64,000 bases of DNA from an uncultured Actinomycetota bacterium. GTDB taxonomy: Bacteria; Actinomycetota; Actinomycetes; JAFAQI01. A program made the position numbers and the translations under genes. The stretch covers positions 64,001 to 128,000 of the forward strand of contig CAVYQE010000002.1 of NCBI GenBank assembly GCA_963770565.1. Reading direction: 5' to 3'. Of the stretch, positions 40,378-49,636 are shown piece by piece (the first letter of the stretch is position 1; every line of letters starts with the position of its first letter). The notes beneath the pieces are model-generated. The model did not search any database. It saw only the letters and a list, made by a program, of their open reading frames with translations, and was not told the origin of the DNA.

Positions 40378-42027
40378 TTAAGCGGTCGGCACGCTCGCGG
40401 CGCGCTGCAGGCCGAACTGCTCGACGGTGGCTTCACGCATCTTGAACTTCTGCACCTTCCCGGTCACCGTCATCGGGAACTCGCTCACGATCAGCACGTA
40501 GCGCGGCACCTTGAAGTGCGCCAGCCGACCCCGGCAGAACTCCCGCACCTCGTCCTCGGTGATCGCCTCACCGTCCCGTACGACGACCCACGCGCAGAGC
40601 TCCTCGCCGTACTTCTCGTCCGGGACACCGACCACCTGCACGTCCGCGATCGCGCGATGGGTGTAAAGGAACTCCTCGACCTCGCGGGGATAGATGTTCT
40701 CGCCGCCCCGGATCACCATGTCCTTGATCCGCCCGACGATGTTGAGGTAGCCGTCCTCGTCCATCGTCGCGAGGTCGCCGGTGTGCATCCAGCGGGCCGC
40801 GTCGATGACCTCAGCGGTGCGCTCGGGGTCGGCCCAGTAGCCGAGCATCACCGAGTAGCCACGAGTGCACAGCTCGCCCGGCGTTCCTCGCCCGACCGTC
40901 AGGCCGGTCTCCGGGTCCACGACCTTGACCTCGACGAACGGATGCACCCGCCCGACCGTCGACACCCGCCGCTCGAGATCGTCGTCGGCGCGGGTCTGGG
41001 TCGACACCGGCGAGGTCTCGGTCATGCCGTAACAGATCGTGACCTCGTCCATGTGCATCTCGGTGACGACCCGCTTCATCACCTCGACCGGGCACGGCGA
41101 GCCGGCCATGATGCCGGTCCGCAGGCTCGTCAGGTCATAGGTCGCGAAGTCCGGCAGCGCGAGCTCGGCGATGAACATCGTCGGTACGCCGTACAGCGAG
41201 GTGCAACGCTCCGCCTGCACGGCCGCCAGGGTCAGTGCCGGGTCGAACCCCGGCGCCGGGATCACGATGCACGCGCCGTGGGTGGTCACAGCGAGATTGC
41301 CGAGCACCATCCCGAAGCAGTGGTAGAACGGCACCGGGATGCAGACCCGGTCGCGGTCGGTGTAGCGGCAACCTTCGCCGATGAAGAACCCGTTGTTGAC
41401 GATGTTGTGATGGCTGAGCGTCGCGCCCTTCGGGAACCCGGTCGTGCCGCTGGTGTATTGGATGTTGATCGGATCGTCCGCCGACAGTGTCGCGGCCCGG
41501 GCGCGCACCGGGTCGAACGACGCCGACGCATCGCCGCGGGTGCTCACCCGCTCCCACTCCGGTGACCCGAGGCAGATCACCGTCTCGAGCGCAGGCACGT
41601 CACCGCGCACCTCGCCCACCATCTCGACGTAGTTGGAGGTCTTGAACTCCGGCGCGCAGACCAAAGCCCGGCAACCGGACTGGTTCAGGGCGAAGGCGAG
41701 CTCGTGCGTGCGGTACGCCGGGTTGATCGTCACCAGGATCACGCCGATCCGGGCCGTGGCGTACTGCACGAGCACCCACTCGGCACAGTTCGGCGCCCAG
41801 ATCCCCAGTCGGTCCCCGCGGGCCAGGTCGAGCTCGAGCAGGCCGAGCGCCAGCTCGTCGACCGCCGCGTCGAGCTGGCGATACGTCCACCGCCGCCCAG
41901 TCGCGCAGTCGACCAGCGCCTCCGAGTCGGGCGCAAGCGACGCAGTGCGCGCGAGGTTGTCGCCGATCGTCTCGCCGAGCAGCGGCAGAGCACTCGTCCC
42001 AGCGGCGTACGACGGGGTCTGGCTCAC
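40378..42027 (-). CDS. Fatty-acyl-CoA synthetase (AMP-binding, ACSF2-like)
   Basis: [48 protein letters not shown]. Confidence 0.95.
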   Translation of the reverse strand: MSQTPSYAAGTSALPLLGETIGDNLARTASLAPDSEALVDCATGRRWTYRQLDAAVDELALGLLELDLARGDRLGIWAPNCAEWVLVQYATARIGVILVTINPAYRTHELAFALNQSGCRALVCAPEFKTSNYVEMVGEVRGDVPALETVICLGSPEWERVSTRGDASASFDPVRARAATLSADDPINIQYTSGTTGFPKGATLSHHNIVNNGFFIGEGCRYTDRDRVCIPVPFYHCFGMVLGNLAVTTHGACIVIPAPGFDPALTLAAVQAERCTSLYGVPTMFIAELALPDFATYDLTSLRTGIMAGSPCPVEVMKRVVTEMHMDEVTICYGMTETSPVSTQTRADDDLERRVSTVGRVHPFVEVKVVDPETGLTVGRGTPGELCTRGYSVMLGYWADPERTAEVIDAARWMHTGDLATMDEDGYLNIVGRIKDMVIRGGENIYPREVEEFLYTHRAIADVQVVGVPDEKYGEELCAWVVVRDGEAITEDEVREFCRGRLAHFKVPRYVLIVSEFPMTVTGKVQKFKMREATVEQFGLQRAASVPTA

Positions 42028-42137
42028 TCCTCAAACCTTGCCACGGCTAGCGGCATGCGTCACGAGACCAGGTCTCCGCGGTCGGCTGGGCCAGGTCGGC
42101 CGCCCCCACGGGTAGCTTCGTCCGGGTTCATCTGTCC

Positions 42138-43127
42138 TCACACCAAGTAGCCGACCAGCTCCACCGTGACGAGCGCCCTCCCGGAATGCGCCGCGGAACG
42201 GACCGCGATTGCCCGTGCGGAAGAGACAGCGGTCGTCACAGTGTTCGCCGTTCGTCCGCCGTGCGGACCCCACTCCGCCGCGACCACCGCAGGCGAGGTT
42301 CCCGCCGCACCGGCGTGGAGCACTCCGGCTTTCGTGGTGCCATTCACCGCAACGGTGTAGATCGCGCCATTGGCACCCTTCGGCAGATGCGCGGCGAGTG
42401 GGATCACTTTGGTCTCGTTGGCCGTGATCGGCGACTTCGAGTGGTACACGGTGGTCGGCTTGGTCAGCAGGACCGGGGACAACGGCGCGTTGAGCAGCCC
42501 AACCCGAAAGCCGTTCACCTTGATGCTCTGGTTGGCGAGAGTGTCGACGTACACGGCGAGCATGCAGCCGTGCGGAAACGGCCCGTTCACCGACTTGGGG
42601 ATGACGAGCCGGGTCACGTGCATGGACGATCCGGCGAACGGACCGAGCTGCGTGCTTGCAATCACGTTTCCGAGGGTCGCGATACCCGACGACCAGACTG
42701 CAACGGACAGAGTGGTGTTCGTGTTGGCGATGTAGTACACCTCGGCATCGCGCACCCGGGCGCCTGGTGGCAGCTCGAAGAAGCAGCCAAGAGGGTCGCT
42801 GGTAGTTGCGCTGACGCCCTCGCTCACGAACACCCGCCCGTCTGCCAAGCTGTTGAGCGGCGTAAGGTCACCCCAACTCGCGAACCGATAGGACACGCCG
42901 TGCTCCGGCGGCGAGCTGATCGAGGAGAGGCCGCCCGGCGTGCCCCGCGGGAGAGCACCCGCGCTGGGTACGACCACCGCCGGCGGCACAGCGGCCGACG
43001 CCACCGAACCCGTGCCGATCAGTGCGGCACCGCTCGCCGCCCCGGTCAGAAGACTTCTCCTGCTGATGTAGTGCGACCCCGATCCATGCCGAATTAGAGC
43101 ACGCCCGACAGGCGCGATGTGGCGCAC
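42138..43127 (-). CDS. Tat-exported protein of unknown function with a C-terminal actinobacterial surface beta-domain (start uncertain)
   Basis: ISRRSLLTGAASGAAL...ASA twin-arginine signal; C-terminal LPKGANGA...ANTVTT...VELVGY pattern. The upstream part of the tracked ORF (to 44129) is a shadow frame. Confidence 0.65.
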   Translation of the reverse strand: MRHIAPVGRALIRHGSGSHYISRRSLLTGAASGAALIGTGSVASAAVPPAVVVPSAGALPRGTPGGLSSISSPPEHGVSYRFASWGDLTPLNSLADGRVFVSEGVSATTSDPLGCFFELPPGARVRDAEVYYIANTNTTLSVAVWSSGIATLGNVIASTQLGPFAGSSMHVTRLVIPKSVNGPFPHGCMLAVYVDTLANQSIKVNGFRVGLLNAPLSPVLLTKPTTVYHSKSPITANETKVIPLAAHLPKGANGAIYTVAVNGTTKAGVLHAGAAGTSPAVVAAEWGPHGGRTANTVTTAVSSARAIAVRSAAHSGRALVTVELVGYLV

Positions 43128-43318
43128 AGGCCGATTATTGACGCCGTGTACGGGAAGCGGTTGTCCGATTGACGCGAACGCAACCCTTGTTCGGCCGGTT
43201 GACCACGTTCTAGCCAGGACAAACAGCCATGGCGGGTTAGGGGCCCGCTGTGACCTCCAACTCGCCATGATCTTGGCCACCGAGCGGCTGGTGGTCGAGT
43301 CTCTCCGGGCTGGTCGGG

Positions 43319-44341
43319 TCAGCGGGCCTGGCCGCTGTGCGGCGCGACTTGCAGGCTCGACTCGTCCACCGCCTGGAAGGCACTCGCCGGGATCGTCTTG
43401 AGTTGCTCGATCATCGTGTCCGACCACTTGGTGCTGGCCTCGCCCTGGAAGTACCACGGCGACCCGTTGTCCGCGAGGATCAGCCCGAAGGTCTTCATCG
43501 CCTGCAGGACGACTCTGGTGGCCCGGCTGTATCCGGTCATCGAGAAGCTCGCCTTCAACCGGAACCGCGCGCCCATCGGCGGGTAGTCGAGGCTGCGCTT
43601 GCTCCCGGCCTGGTGCTCGGCCGGCCAGATGAAGTGCTCCGACGTCACCGGCGCGGTGAACCGGATCGCGTGGTCGACGTACCCGGCTCGGACCTCGCTC
43701 GGCCGCAACAGCCCGGGCAGGATCGGAAGCCCGGCGGCGTCCGCCGAGGTCAGACCGCTGGCGCCGAGGTTCAGGTGCGCCTTGAAGCGCAGCTTGTTGC
43801 TGTTGAGGTTCCAGACCGCGCCGGATCCGGCGGTCCAGCCCTTGTTGGTGTCGCGGGTGGCGAAGGTCTCGTAGTCCAGGCAGGTCGCCTTGTCGACGAC
43901 GATCGCGTGCCGGTCGCCGCCAGCGTTCCGGCCGCCCTCGATCTTCGTGTCCTTGCCAAGCGGGTAACGGACGTGATCGCTCTCCGAGCCGTACATGAAC
44001 TTCACGTGCACCTTCGGGTGGCTGGCACTCACAACCGTGATCGGGATGCCGTACGGCACCGGCTGAGCGCCGAACGACGGACCGAAGTCGGGGTGCAGCA
44101 GGTCGGACCGCCCGATGTGCTTCACCCACTCCGCGCTGTGCTTGTTGACCGGCAGCTTGCTGATATCGGTGTTCCAGACGTTGTCAGCCGGGAAGACCGC
44201 GCACGTCGTACCCGGCAGGTGGCTCGGCGGAGGCGTCGCCGCGGCTCGCCCGGCAGGCACCGAGCCCGCGGCGGGTATGGCAATGACACAACCTGCGGCG
44301 GCGAGCATTGCGGCGGCCGCGGACCCCACGAGACGTCTCAT
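43319..44341 (-). CDS. Conserved secreted protein of unknown function
   Basis: Signal peptide; FPADNVWNTDIS, GDRH, TSADAAGLPILPGL, DHAIRFT, PMGARFRL, GLILADNG. Confidence 0.75.
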   Translation of the reverse strand: MRRLVGSAAAAMLAAAGCVIAIPAAGSVPAGRAAATPPPSHLPGTTCAVFPADNVWNTDISKLPVNKHSAEWVKHIGRSDLLHPDFGPSFGAQPVPYGIPITVVSASHPKVHVKFMYGSESDHVRYPLGKDTKIEGGRNAGGDRHAIVVDKATCLDYETFATRDTNKGWTAGSGAVWNLNSNKLRFKAHLNLGASGLTSADAAGLPILPGLLRPSEVRAGYVDHAIRFTAPVTSEHFIWPAEHQAGSKRSLDYPPMGARFRLKASFSMTGYSRATRVVLQAMKTFGLILADNGSPWYFQGEASTKWSDTMIEQLKTIPASAFQAVDESSLQVAPHSGQAR

Positions 44342-44419
44342 TCCGTGTATATCGGCACGCAGACACCCCCGTTACACCTTTCTCGGCCACGATCTCGGTG
44401 CTTCGATCAGGTCACCGCT

Positions 44420-45727
44420 CTATCCGGACCGGGCTTCCTCGAGGCCGGCGTCGATATCCGTCATCGCCAGCAGCACCCCGCCGGCGATGAACAGCACCAG
44501 CAACGACAGGATCGCCTGCCGAAACGAGCCAGTCGCGTTGACGACGATCGTGAAGAGCAGCGGCGCCGCCCAGGAGGTCCCTTCGTTGGCGACTTCGTAG
44601 AGCCCGAAGTACGTCGCTTCGTGTCCGGCCGGCACGAGCTGCGACCACAGCGATCGCGCGAGTGCCTGCGAGCCGCCGAGCACGATGCCGATCGCGATCC
44701 CCACCCCAACCGCCTGCGACTTCGAGTGCAGCTCGAGGTAGGTGTAGAGGATCAGCAGGCACCACACGACCAGGGTGGCGAGAATCGCGCGCTGCGCGCC
44801 GATCCGTGCGGCAATGCGGGCCGCAAGCACCGCGCCGCCCATCGCGACGAACTGGATCAACAGGATCAACGCGAACAGGAACGTCGCCGCCTTCGAGGCG
44901 CTGTCGCCGAACAACTCGTGCGTGATGAACGTCGACGAAAGTCCGATGACTGCGGAGATCGCATCGGAGAACAGCAGGTACGCGATCAGGTAGCGCCGGG
45001 TGTTCGGCCGATGAGCCAGCACCCTGGCCGCATCGGCCAGCCGGGCGCGCGCTCTTGTCCGGCCGCCGAGCGGATGCAGCTCTCGCGGCGGCGGCAGCAT
45101 CCTCAGCGACCACAGCCCGAAGCCGGCCCACCACAGTCCGGCCGAGACGAAGCAGATCCGCACTGCGGTCGGCTTGTCGAGCCCGATCGCGTGGTGGGCG
45201 AGGAGCAGAGCCAGGTTGAGCGCGAGCAGCAGGCCGCCGCCGAGGTAGCCGTACGCGAAGCCCCGGCTCGACAACGCGTCGCGCTCCCCAGGAGCCGCCA
45301 GCGCCGGCAGGAGTGAGTTGTAGAGGACGTTGGACGCGCCGTACGTGAGACTTCCGAGCAGCATCAGGATGCCGGCCGCGACGTAGTCGCCGCCCGAGGT
45401 GGCCGCGAATGCCACCGCGATCGCGGAGCCGCCAACGCAGGCGAATGCGAGCCAACGTTCGACCGACCGGCGATGGTCGGCGGCCGCACCGAGCAGCGGC
45501 AGTACGGCGACCTGGGCGAGCGCCGCGATCGTGATCACCAGCGAGGGGTAGGACTCGGTCCGCAGGTGCAGCGGGCCGACCGACACCAGGATCGACCGCT
45601 TCGCGTGATGCTTGGTCACGAGTGCGAGCAGCCACGGACCGACCAGCACGGTAGAGACCGTGGTCTCCCAGCCGTGGTTCGCCCAGGAGTACATCGACCA
45701 GCCCTTGACGGCACGGTCGTCGGCCAC
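44420..45727 (-). CDS. MFS transporter, UMF1/ATG22 family
   Basis: WSMYSWAN, LGAAAD, YNSLLP, SSRGFAYGYLGG, GGSQALARS, YFGLYE. Confidence 0.9.
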   Translation of the reverse strand: MADDRAVKGWSMYSWANHGWETTVSTVLVGPWLLALVTKHHAKRSILVSVGPLHLRTESYPSLVITIAALAQVAVLPLLGAAADHRRSVERWLAFACVGGSAIAVAFAATSGGDYVAAGILMLLGSLTYGASNVLYNSLLPALAAPGERDALSSRGFAYGYLGGGLLLALNLALLLAHHAIGLDKPTAVRICFVSAGLWWAGFGLWSLRMLPPPRELHPLGGRTRARARLADAARVLAHRPNTRRYLIAYLLFSDAISAVIGLSSTFITHELFGDSASKAATFLFALILLIQFVAMGGAVLAARIAARIGAQRAILATLVVWCLLILYTYLELHSKSQAVGVGIAIGIVLGGSQALARSLWSQLVPAGHEATYFGLYEVANEGTSWAAPLLFTIVVNATGSFRQAILSLLVLFIAGGVLLAMTDIDAGLEEARSG

Positions 45728-45776
45728 GCGGTGAGCGTGTCACAACGGCGGAAGCGGATCGCCCTAAAGTGGCGGC

Positions 45777-46247
45777 ATGCTGCTCAGCGGGTTCAACCAC
45801 GTGGCCACCCTCACCAACGACAGCGATCGGCTGCACGCCTTCTACCGCGAGGTCTTCGACGCCGAGGTCGTCCGCGACGGCGCCGAGTTCGCCGACCAGG
45901 GCGGACCCCGCCTGTCGGTGATCAGGATCGGTCCGGGCTCCGAGCTCAACGTGTTCGAGATCGACGGAAACACCGAGGCCGACCGGCAGACCCCGATGTT
46001 CGGCCGGGGCCGGATCGACCACCTCGCCCTCGAGGCGTCGTCACTGGAGAGCTTCGAAGAGTTGCGAAGCCGGCTGATGGCCCGAGGTGCAGCCGATGAC
46101 TTCGTGACCGACTTCGGGTCGATCCTGAGCGTCTTCTTCCGCGATCCCGACGGGCTCGAATGTGAGCTGGTCGTACCGAACCCGGATGCGGCGGCGGACG
46201 TTCACAACCCACCGGGCACCCGCGCCGCGCGGTACCCGGCCGCCTGA
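45777..46247 (+). CDS. VOC/glyoxalase family protein
   Basis: FNHVA, FYREVF, IDHLAL, FFRDPDGLECEL. Confidence 0.9.
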   Translation: MLLSGFNHVATLTNDSDRLHAFYREVFDAEVVRDGAEFADQGGPRLSVIRIGPGSELNVFEIDGNTEADRQTPMFGRGRIDHLALEASSLESFEELRSRLMARGAADDFVTDFGSILSVFFRDPDGLECELVVPNPDAAADVHNPPGTRAARYPAA

Positions 46248-46395
46248 CACGATTGCGTATCGCCTCGCACAGGGCGGACGTCGTGATGACCGAGCGAGCC
46301 GGAACGCACGGCGACCCGTTCTGGCAGAACGAGTGTCCGCTGATGGTGGCCTGGGCGTTTGGCTTGCGAGTACGAATTGCCGCGTGCCGGTCTGG

Positions 46396-47364
46396 TCAGG
46401 TCGGGTAACGCACGTACGCCGTACCGAGGGTGCGGACGAAGTCGGGGTCGGCGACCGGGTCGGCCGGGATGTCGAGCGGCTCGTCGCAGCCGGCGAAGTC
46501 GGCAGCGAACCGGCTGAGCACCTCGTCAAGGTCGAGATCCTCGGTGTGGTCGTCATGCCGGCGCCGGTCGGCCTCGTCGTGGAAGGCGATTGCCTTCCAC
46601 GACAAGCTCACCCGCAACTGTTCGGCCGGGAACACGGCCCGGTCAACGCCCTCCTCGGAGATGGCCCAGGCGCCGCTGTCGCGACGGACCAGCTCGGCTT
46701 CGCGGGTCAGCGTCACCATGCCGTCCTCGACCCGCCCGGTCGGGCGCACCCGGTGCCACATGAAGTCGTTGTCGGCGACGATCGCCGTGTTGTCGATCGC
46801 CCCCTCGTGCACGACCGACGCGCCGTCGACGCCGGCTGGCCAGTATTCGAAGCCGCCGTCGGCACCGCGATAGAACCAGGCGACCGCGGTCGCCACCTTC
46901 ACCCGCGCGTCCTCGAACAGCCCGGACAACCCCATCATGGTCAGGAACGTGATCGGGTACTTCGTACGGTCGAAGCCGCGGAACGCCGGCACGTCGGTGT
47001 GACCTGCGCCTTGGGCGAACGGCAGCTGCCAGGTGAGGTTGACGTAGACGGTTGTCGGCCGGACGATCTCCGCACCGAAGAGCCGACGTGCGGCGTCCGC
47101 GAAGCGCGCGCTCTCGAGGATCGGCCGTACGCCGTGCAGCGGCTCGCCGTCGGTCGCCCAGTTGCCGCGGAAGACCGGCGCGATGATCATCTGGGCCGGC
47201 TCCGCCTGCCCCGACAGGGCCGCGTACTCGGCGCTGTTGGCGAAGTATCGCTGCACCGGCCAGTACGGCTGATGCGCGTCGATCAGTGACCGGACCAGTC
47301 CCGGGTCGTCGACAGCGGTGTCGAGCACGACCGGCGGGCGTGGAAGCGGCGTGCCTTCTCCCAT
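46396..47364 (-). CDS. Putative Fe(II)/2-oxoglutarate-dependent oxygenase (uncharacterised)
   Basis: GHTD (HxD), GGFEYWP, distal WHRV and RVS (RxS) in the order expected for a DSBH oxygenase. The fold assignment is inference. Confidence 0.6.
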   Translation of the reverse strand: MGEGTPLPRPPVVLDTAVDDPGLVRSLIDAHQPYWPVQRYFANSAEYAALSGQAEPAQMIIAPVFRGNWATDGEPLHGVRPILESARFADAARRLFGAEIVRPTTVYVNLTWQLPFAQGAGHTDVPAFRGFDRTKYPITFLTMMGLSGLFEDARVKVATAVAWFYRGADGGFEYWPAGVDGASVVHEGAIDNTAIVADNDFMWHRVRPTGRVEDGMVTLTREAELVRRDSGAWAISEEGVDRAVFPAEQLRVSLSWKAIAFHDEADRRRHDDHTEDLDLDEVLSRFAADFAGCDEPLDIPADPVADPDFVRTLGTAYVRYPT

Positions 47365-47384
47365 CAGATCTGCGGCCGGATCGA

Positions 47385-47591
47385 CTACTGGTGTTCTGCG
47401 GTTCGAGCCGCCTCAGCAGCTTCGACCGCGGCAGTCATTCGGGCCGCCGCCGCCCGCACAACGCGGTCCTCATCGGCGGTGAGGTCCGCGGCCCGCATCT
47501 CGATAACCCATGCGATGCGTTCTAGGTCGAACACGATCCAGGGCGTCAGCCGATCGTCAACCGCCCATGCCCTGAACGTCGCTTCGTCCAT
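47385..47591 (-). CDS. Hypothetical 68-aa protein
   Basis: ORF MDEATFRAWAVDD..., co-oriented and ending 20 nt before the oxygenase-like gene; no motif recognised. Confidence 0.4.
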   Translation of the reverse strand: MDEATFRAWAVDDRLTPWIVFDLERIAWVIEMRAADLTADEDRVVRAAAARMTAAVEAAEAARTAEHQ

Positions 47592-47623
47592 TCGTGCAGT
47601 CTGAGCCACCAGACGGGCTTTGT

Positions 47624-47777
47624 CATCACACGTGATTCGTGCGAGACGGCACGAGATCACGTCTGATGGAGCGGCATCCGCCGGGGCGGCAGGGTGCGCC
47701 GGAGCTGTGGGCCTTGACGTCGGCAACCGTTCGGTTCGTGAGCCGTTACGGGTGGCGGGGCACTTCTAGCGGCTCAC
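47624..47777. other. Two long intergenic hairpins
   Basis: CATCA-C-ACGTGAT-TCGTGC..GCACGA-G-ATCACGT-C-TGATG (47624-47668) and GTGAGCCG...CGGCTCAC (47738-47777). Confidence 0.6.
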
Positions 47778-47809
47778 ACATCGCTCGGCGGTGGTGGGCG
47801 ACGCGGGGC

Positions 47810-48364
47810 TCAGTCGCGAACGACCAGGGTGTCGAGCGGCGTGCGGCTGAAGACCTCGCGCGCCATCGGCAGGAAGCGGTCCAGCGACTCGGTCGGGTAC
47901 GCCGGATCGAACGACCGTTGGTCCCATCGCTCGCAAAACCGCACGCAGGCCTTGAAGTACGGGTTGCTCCGGTAGGCGTCGCGCATCGTGCGGTCCTTGC
48001 CGATGTGGTGGAAGTAGTAGTAGCCCTGGAACAGGTCGTGGTGCTTGACCACCCACCAGTTCTGGTCACCGACGAACGGGCGCAGCACCGCCGCCGCGAC
48101 CTCGGCGTGATTGTCCGGGGCGAGCGAGTCCCCGATGTCGTGCAGCAGCGCACACACGACCGTCTCGTCGTCCTCGCCGTCGTGCAGCGCCCGGCTCGCG
48201 GTCTGCAGGGAATGGACGTACCGGTCGACGGCCGCCGTACCCGGGTCCTCTTCCTTCAGCAACTCGAGCTGGGCGAGCACGAAGTCGAGGGTGGGCGGCG
48301 CCGCGATGGTGTCGAGATCCGCGCAGTCCTCGGCGGTCATGTGATCCATGCGCGTGTAGGTCAT
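47810..48364 (-). CDS. HD-domain protein (PhnZ-related/COG4341-like)
   Basis: HSLQTA, ALLHDIG, NHAE, KHHD.FQGYYY, WDQ: the H..HD..H..H..D dimetal ligand set. Starts 6 nt after the sqdB stop. Confidence 0.85.
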   Translation of the reverse strand: MTYTRMDHMTAEDCADLDTIAAPPTLDFVLAQLELLKEEDPGTAAVDRYVHSLQTASRALHDGEDDETVVCALLHDIGDSLAPDNHAEVAAAVLRPFVGDQNWWVVKHHDLFQGYYYFHHIGKDRTMRDAYRSNPYFKACVRFCERWDQRSFDPAYPTESLDRFLPMAREVFSRTPLDTLVVRD

Positions 48365-48370
48365 GGTGCG

Positions 48371-49558
48371 TCAGTCGTGTTGGCGCCAGAGCGAGCGCGC
48401 CGGGATCTTGTCGACGTCGACCCGGTCGACGAAGCGCTGCGCGATCGCAGTCACCTCTTCCAGCAGGCCCTCCTCGAGTGTGATCGGCGAGAGCCCGAGC
48501 TCGATCAGCTGGCCGTTCTCGACCAGCAGGTCGTTCTCCTCGGCCTCGTTGCGCGGGTTCTTGACGTGGTCGATCTCGACGCCGGTGAGCCGCGAGACCA
48601 GCTTGGCGAGGTCGATCAGGCGATGCGTCTCGGTCATCTGGTTGAAGACCCGCACCCGCTGGCCCTTGGCCGGCGGCTGCTCCAACGCAAGCTGGATGCA
48701 GCGAACCGTGTCCTGGATATGAATGAACGCACGGGTCTGGCCACCGGTGCCGTGCACGGTCAGCGGGTAGCCGATCGCCGACTGCATCAGGAAGCGGTTG
48801 AGCACCGTGCCGTAGTCGCCGTCGTAGTCGAACCGGTTGATCAGCCGGTCGTCCCGACTGGTCTCAGCGGTCTGCGTGCCCCAGACGATGCCCTGGTGGA
48901 GGTCGGTGACCCGAAGGGCGTCGTTCTTGTTGTAGTAGGCGAACAGCAGCTGGTCCTGCGTCTTGGTCATGTGGTAGATCGAGCCCGGGTTCGGCGGGTA
49001 GAGGATCTCCGACGACACCGTCTCGCCGTTGCCGATCGGGATCTCGACCTGCAGGTATCCCTCGGGGATCTTGACCCCGGCCGTGCCATAGCCGTAGACG
49101 CCCATCGTGCCCAGGTGGATCACGTGGATGTCGAGGTCGGCCTCGACGATCGCGGCCAGCAGGTTGTTGGTGGCGTTGAGGTTGTTGCTGACCGTGTAGC
49201 GCTTGTGCCATGACGACTTCATCGAGTACGGCGCGGCCCGCTGCTCGGCGAAGTGGACGACCGCGTCCGGCTGCCAGTCCTGCAGCAGCGTGAGCAGCCG
49301 GTGGTAGTGGACCGCAACGTCGAAACGGTCGAACCCGATCTCCTTGCCGCTGAGCTCACGCCAGGTCTTCAGCCGGATCCCCATCGGCGTGATCGGCGTC
49401 AGCGACGACGCCTCAAGCTCGATGTCGGCCTGCCGCCGGGCGAAGTTGTCGACGATCCGCACATCGTGGCCCTGCTCCGACAGGTGCAGTGCAGTCGGCC
49501 ACCCGCAGAAGCCGTCGCCACCGAGAATCAGGACCTTCACCGGACCACCTTTCGCCAT
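48371..49558 (-). CDS. sqdB: UDP-sulfoquinovose synthase
   Basis: GGDGFCGWPTAL, HFAEQRAAPYSM, HLGTMGVYG, PGSIYHMTK, TDLHQGIVWG, RFDYDGDYGTVLNRF, FNQMTE. Confidence 0.95.
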   Translation of the reverse strand: MAKGGPVKVLILGGDGFCGWPTALHLSEQGHDVRIVDNFARRQADIELEASSLTPITPMGIRLKTWRELSGKEIGFDRFDVAVHYHRLLTLLQDWQPDAVVHFAEQRAAPYSMKSSWHKRYTVSNNLNATNNLLAAIVEADLDIHVIHLGTMGVYGYGTAGVKIPEGYLQVEIPIGNGETVSSEILYPPNPGSIYHMTKTQDQLLFAYYNKNDALRVTDLHQGIVWGTQTAETSRDDRLINRFDYDGDYGTVLNRFLMQSAIGYPLTVHGTGGQTRAFIHIQDTVRCIQLALEQPPAKGQRVRVFNQMTETHRLIDLAKLVSRLTGVEIDHVKNPRNEAEENDLLVENGQLIELGLSPITLEEGLLEEVTAIAQRFVDRVDVDKIPARSLWRQHD

Positions 49559-49636
49559 GCCGTGCCGAGTCGCGCCATGCTCAGGGCTGCCGGGATCGCC
49601 GGCAGGCCGCCCCGAGCCTAGCGACAGCAGCGGCCG

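Noticed and set aside
47624-47777. Hairpins as integron attC sites
   Set aside because: No clear RYYYAAC/GTTRRRY ends, no cassette array and no integrase.
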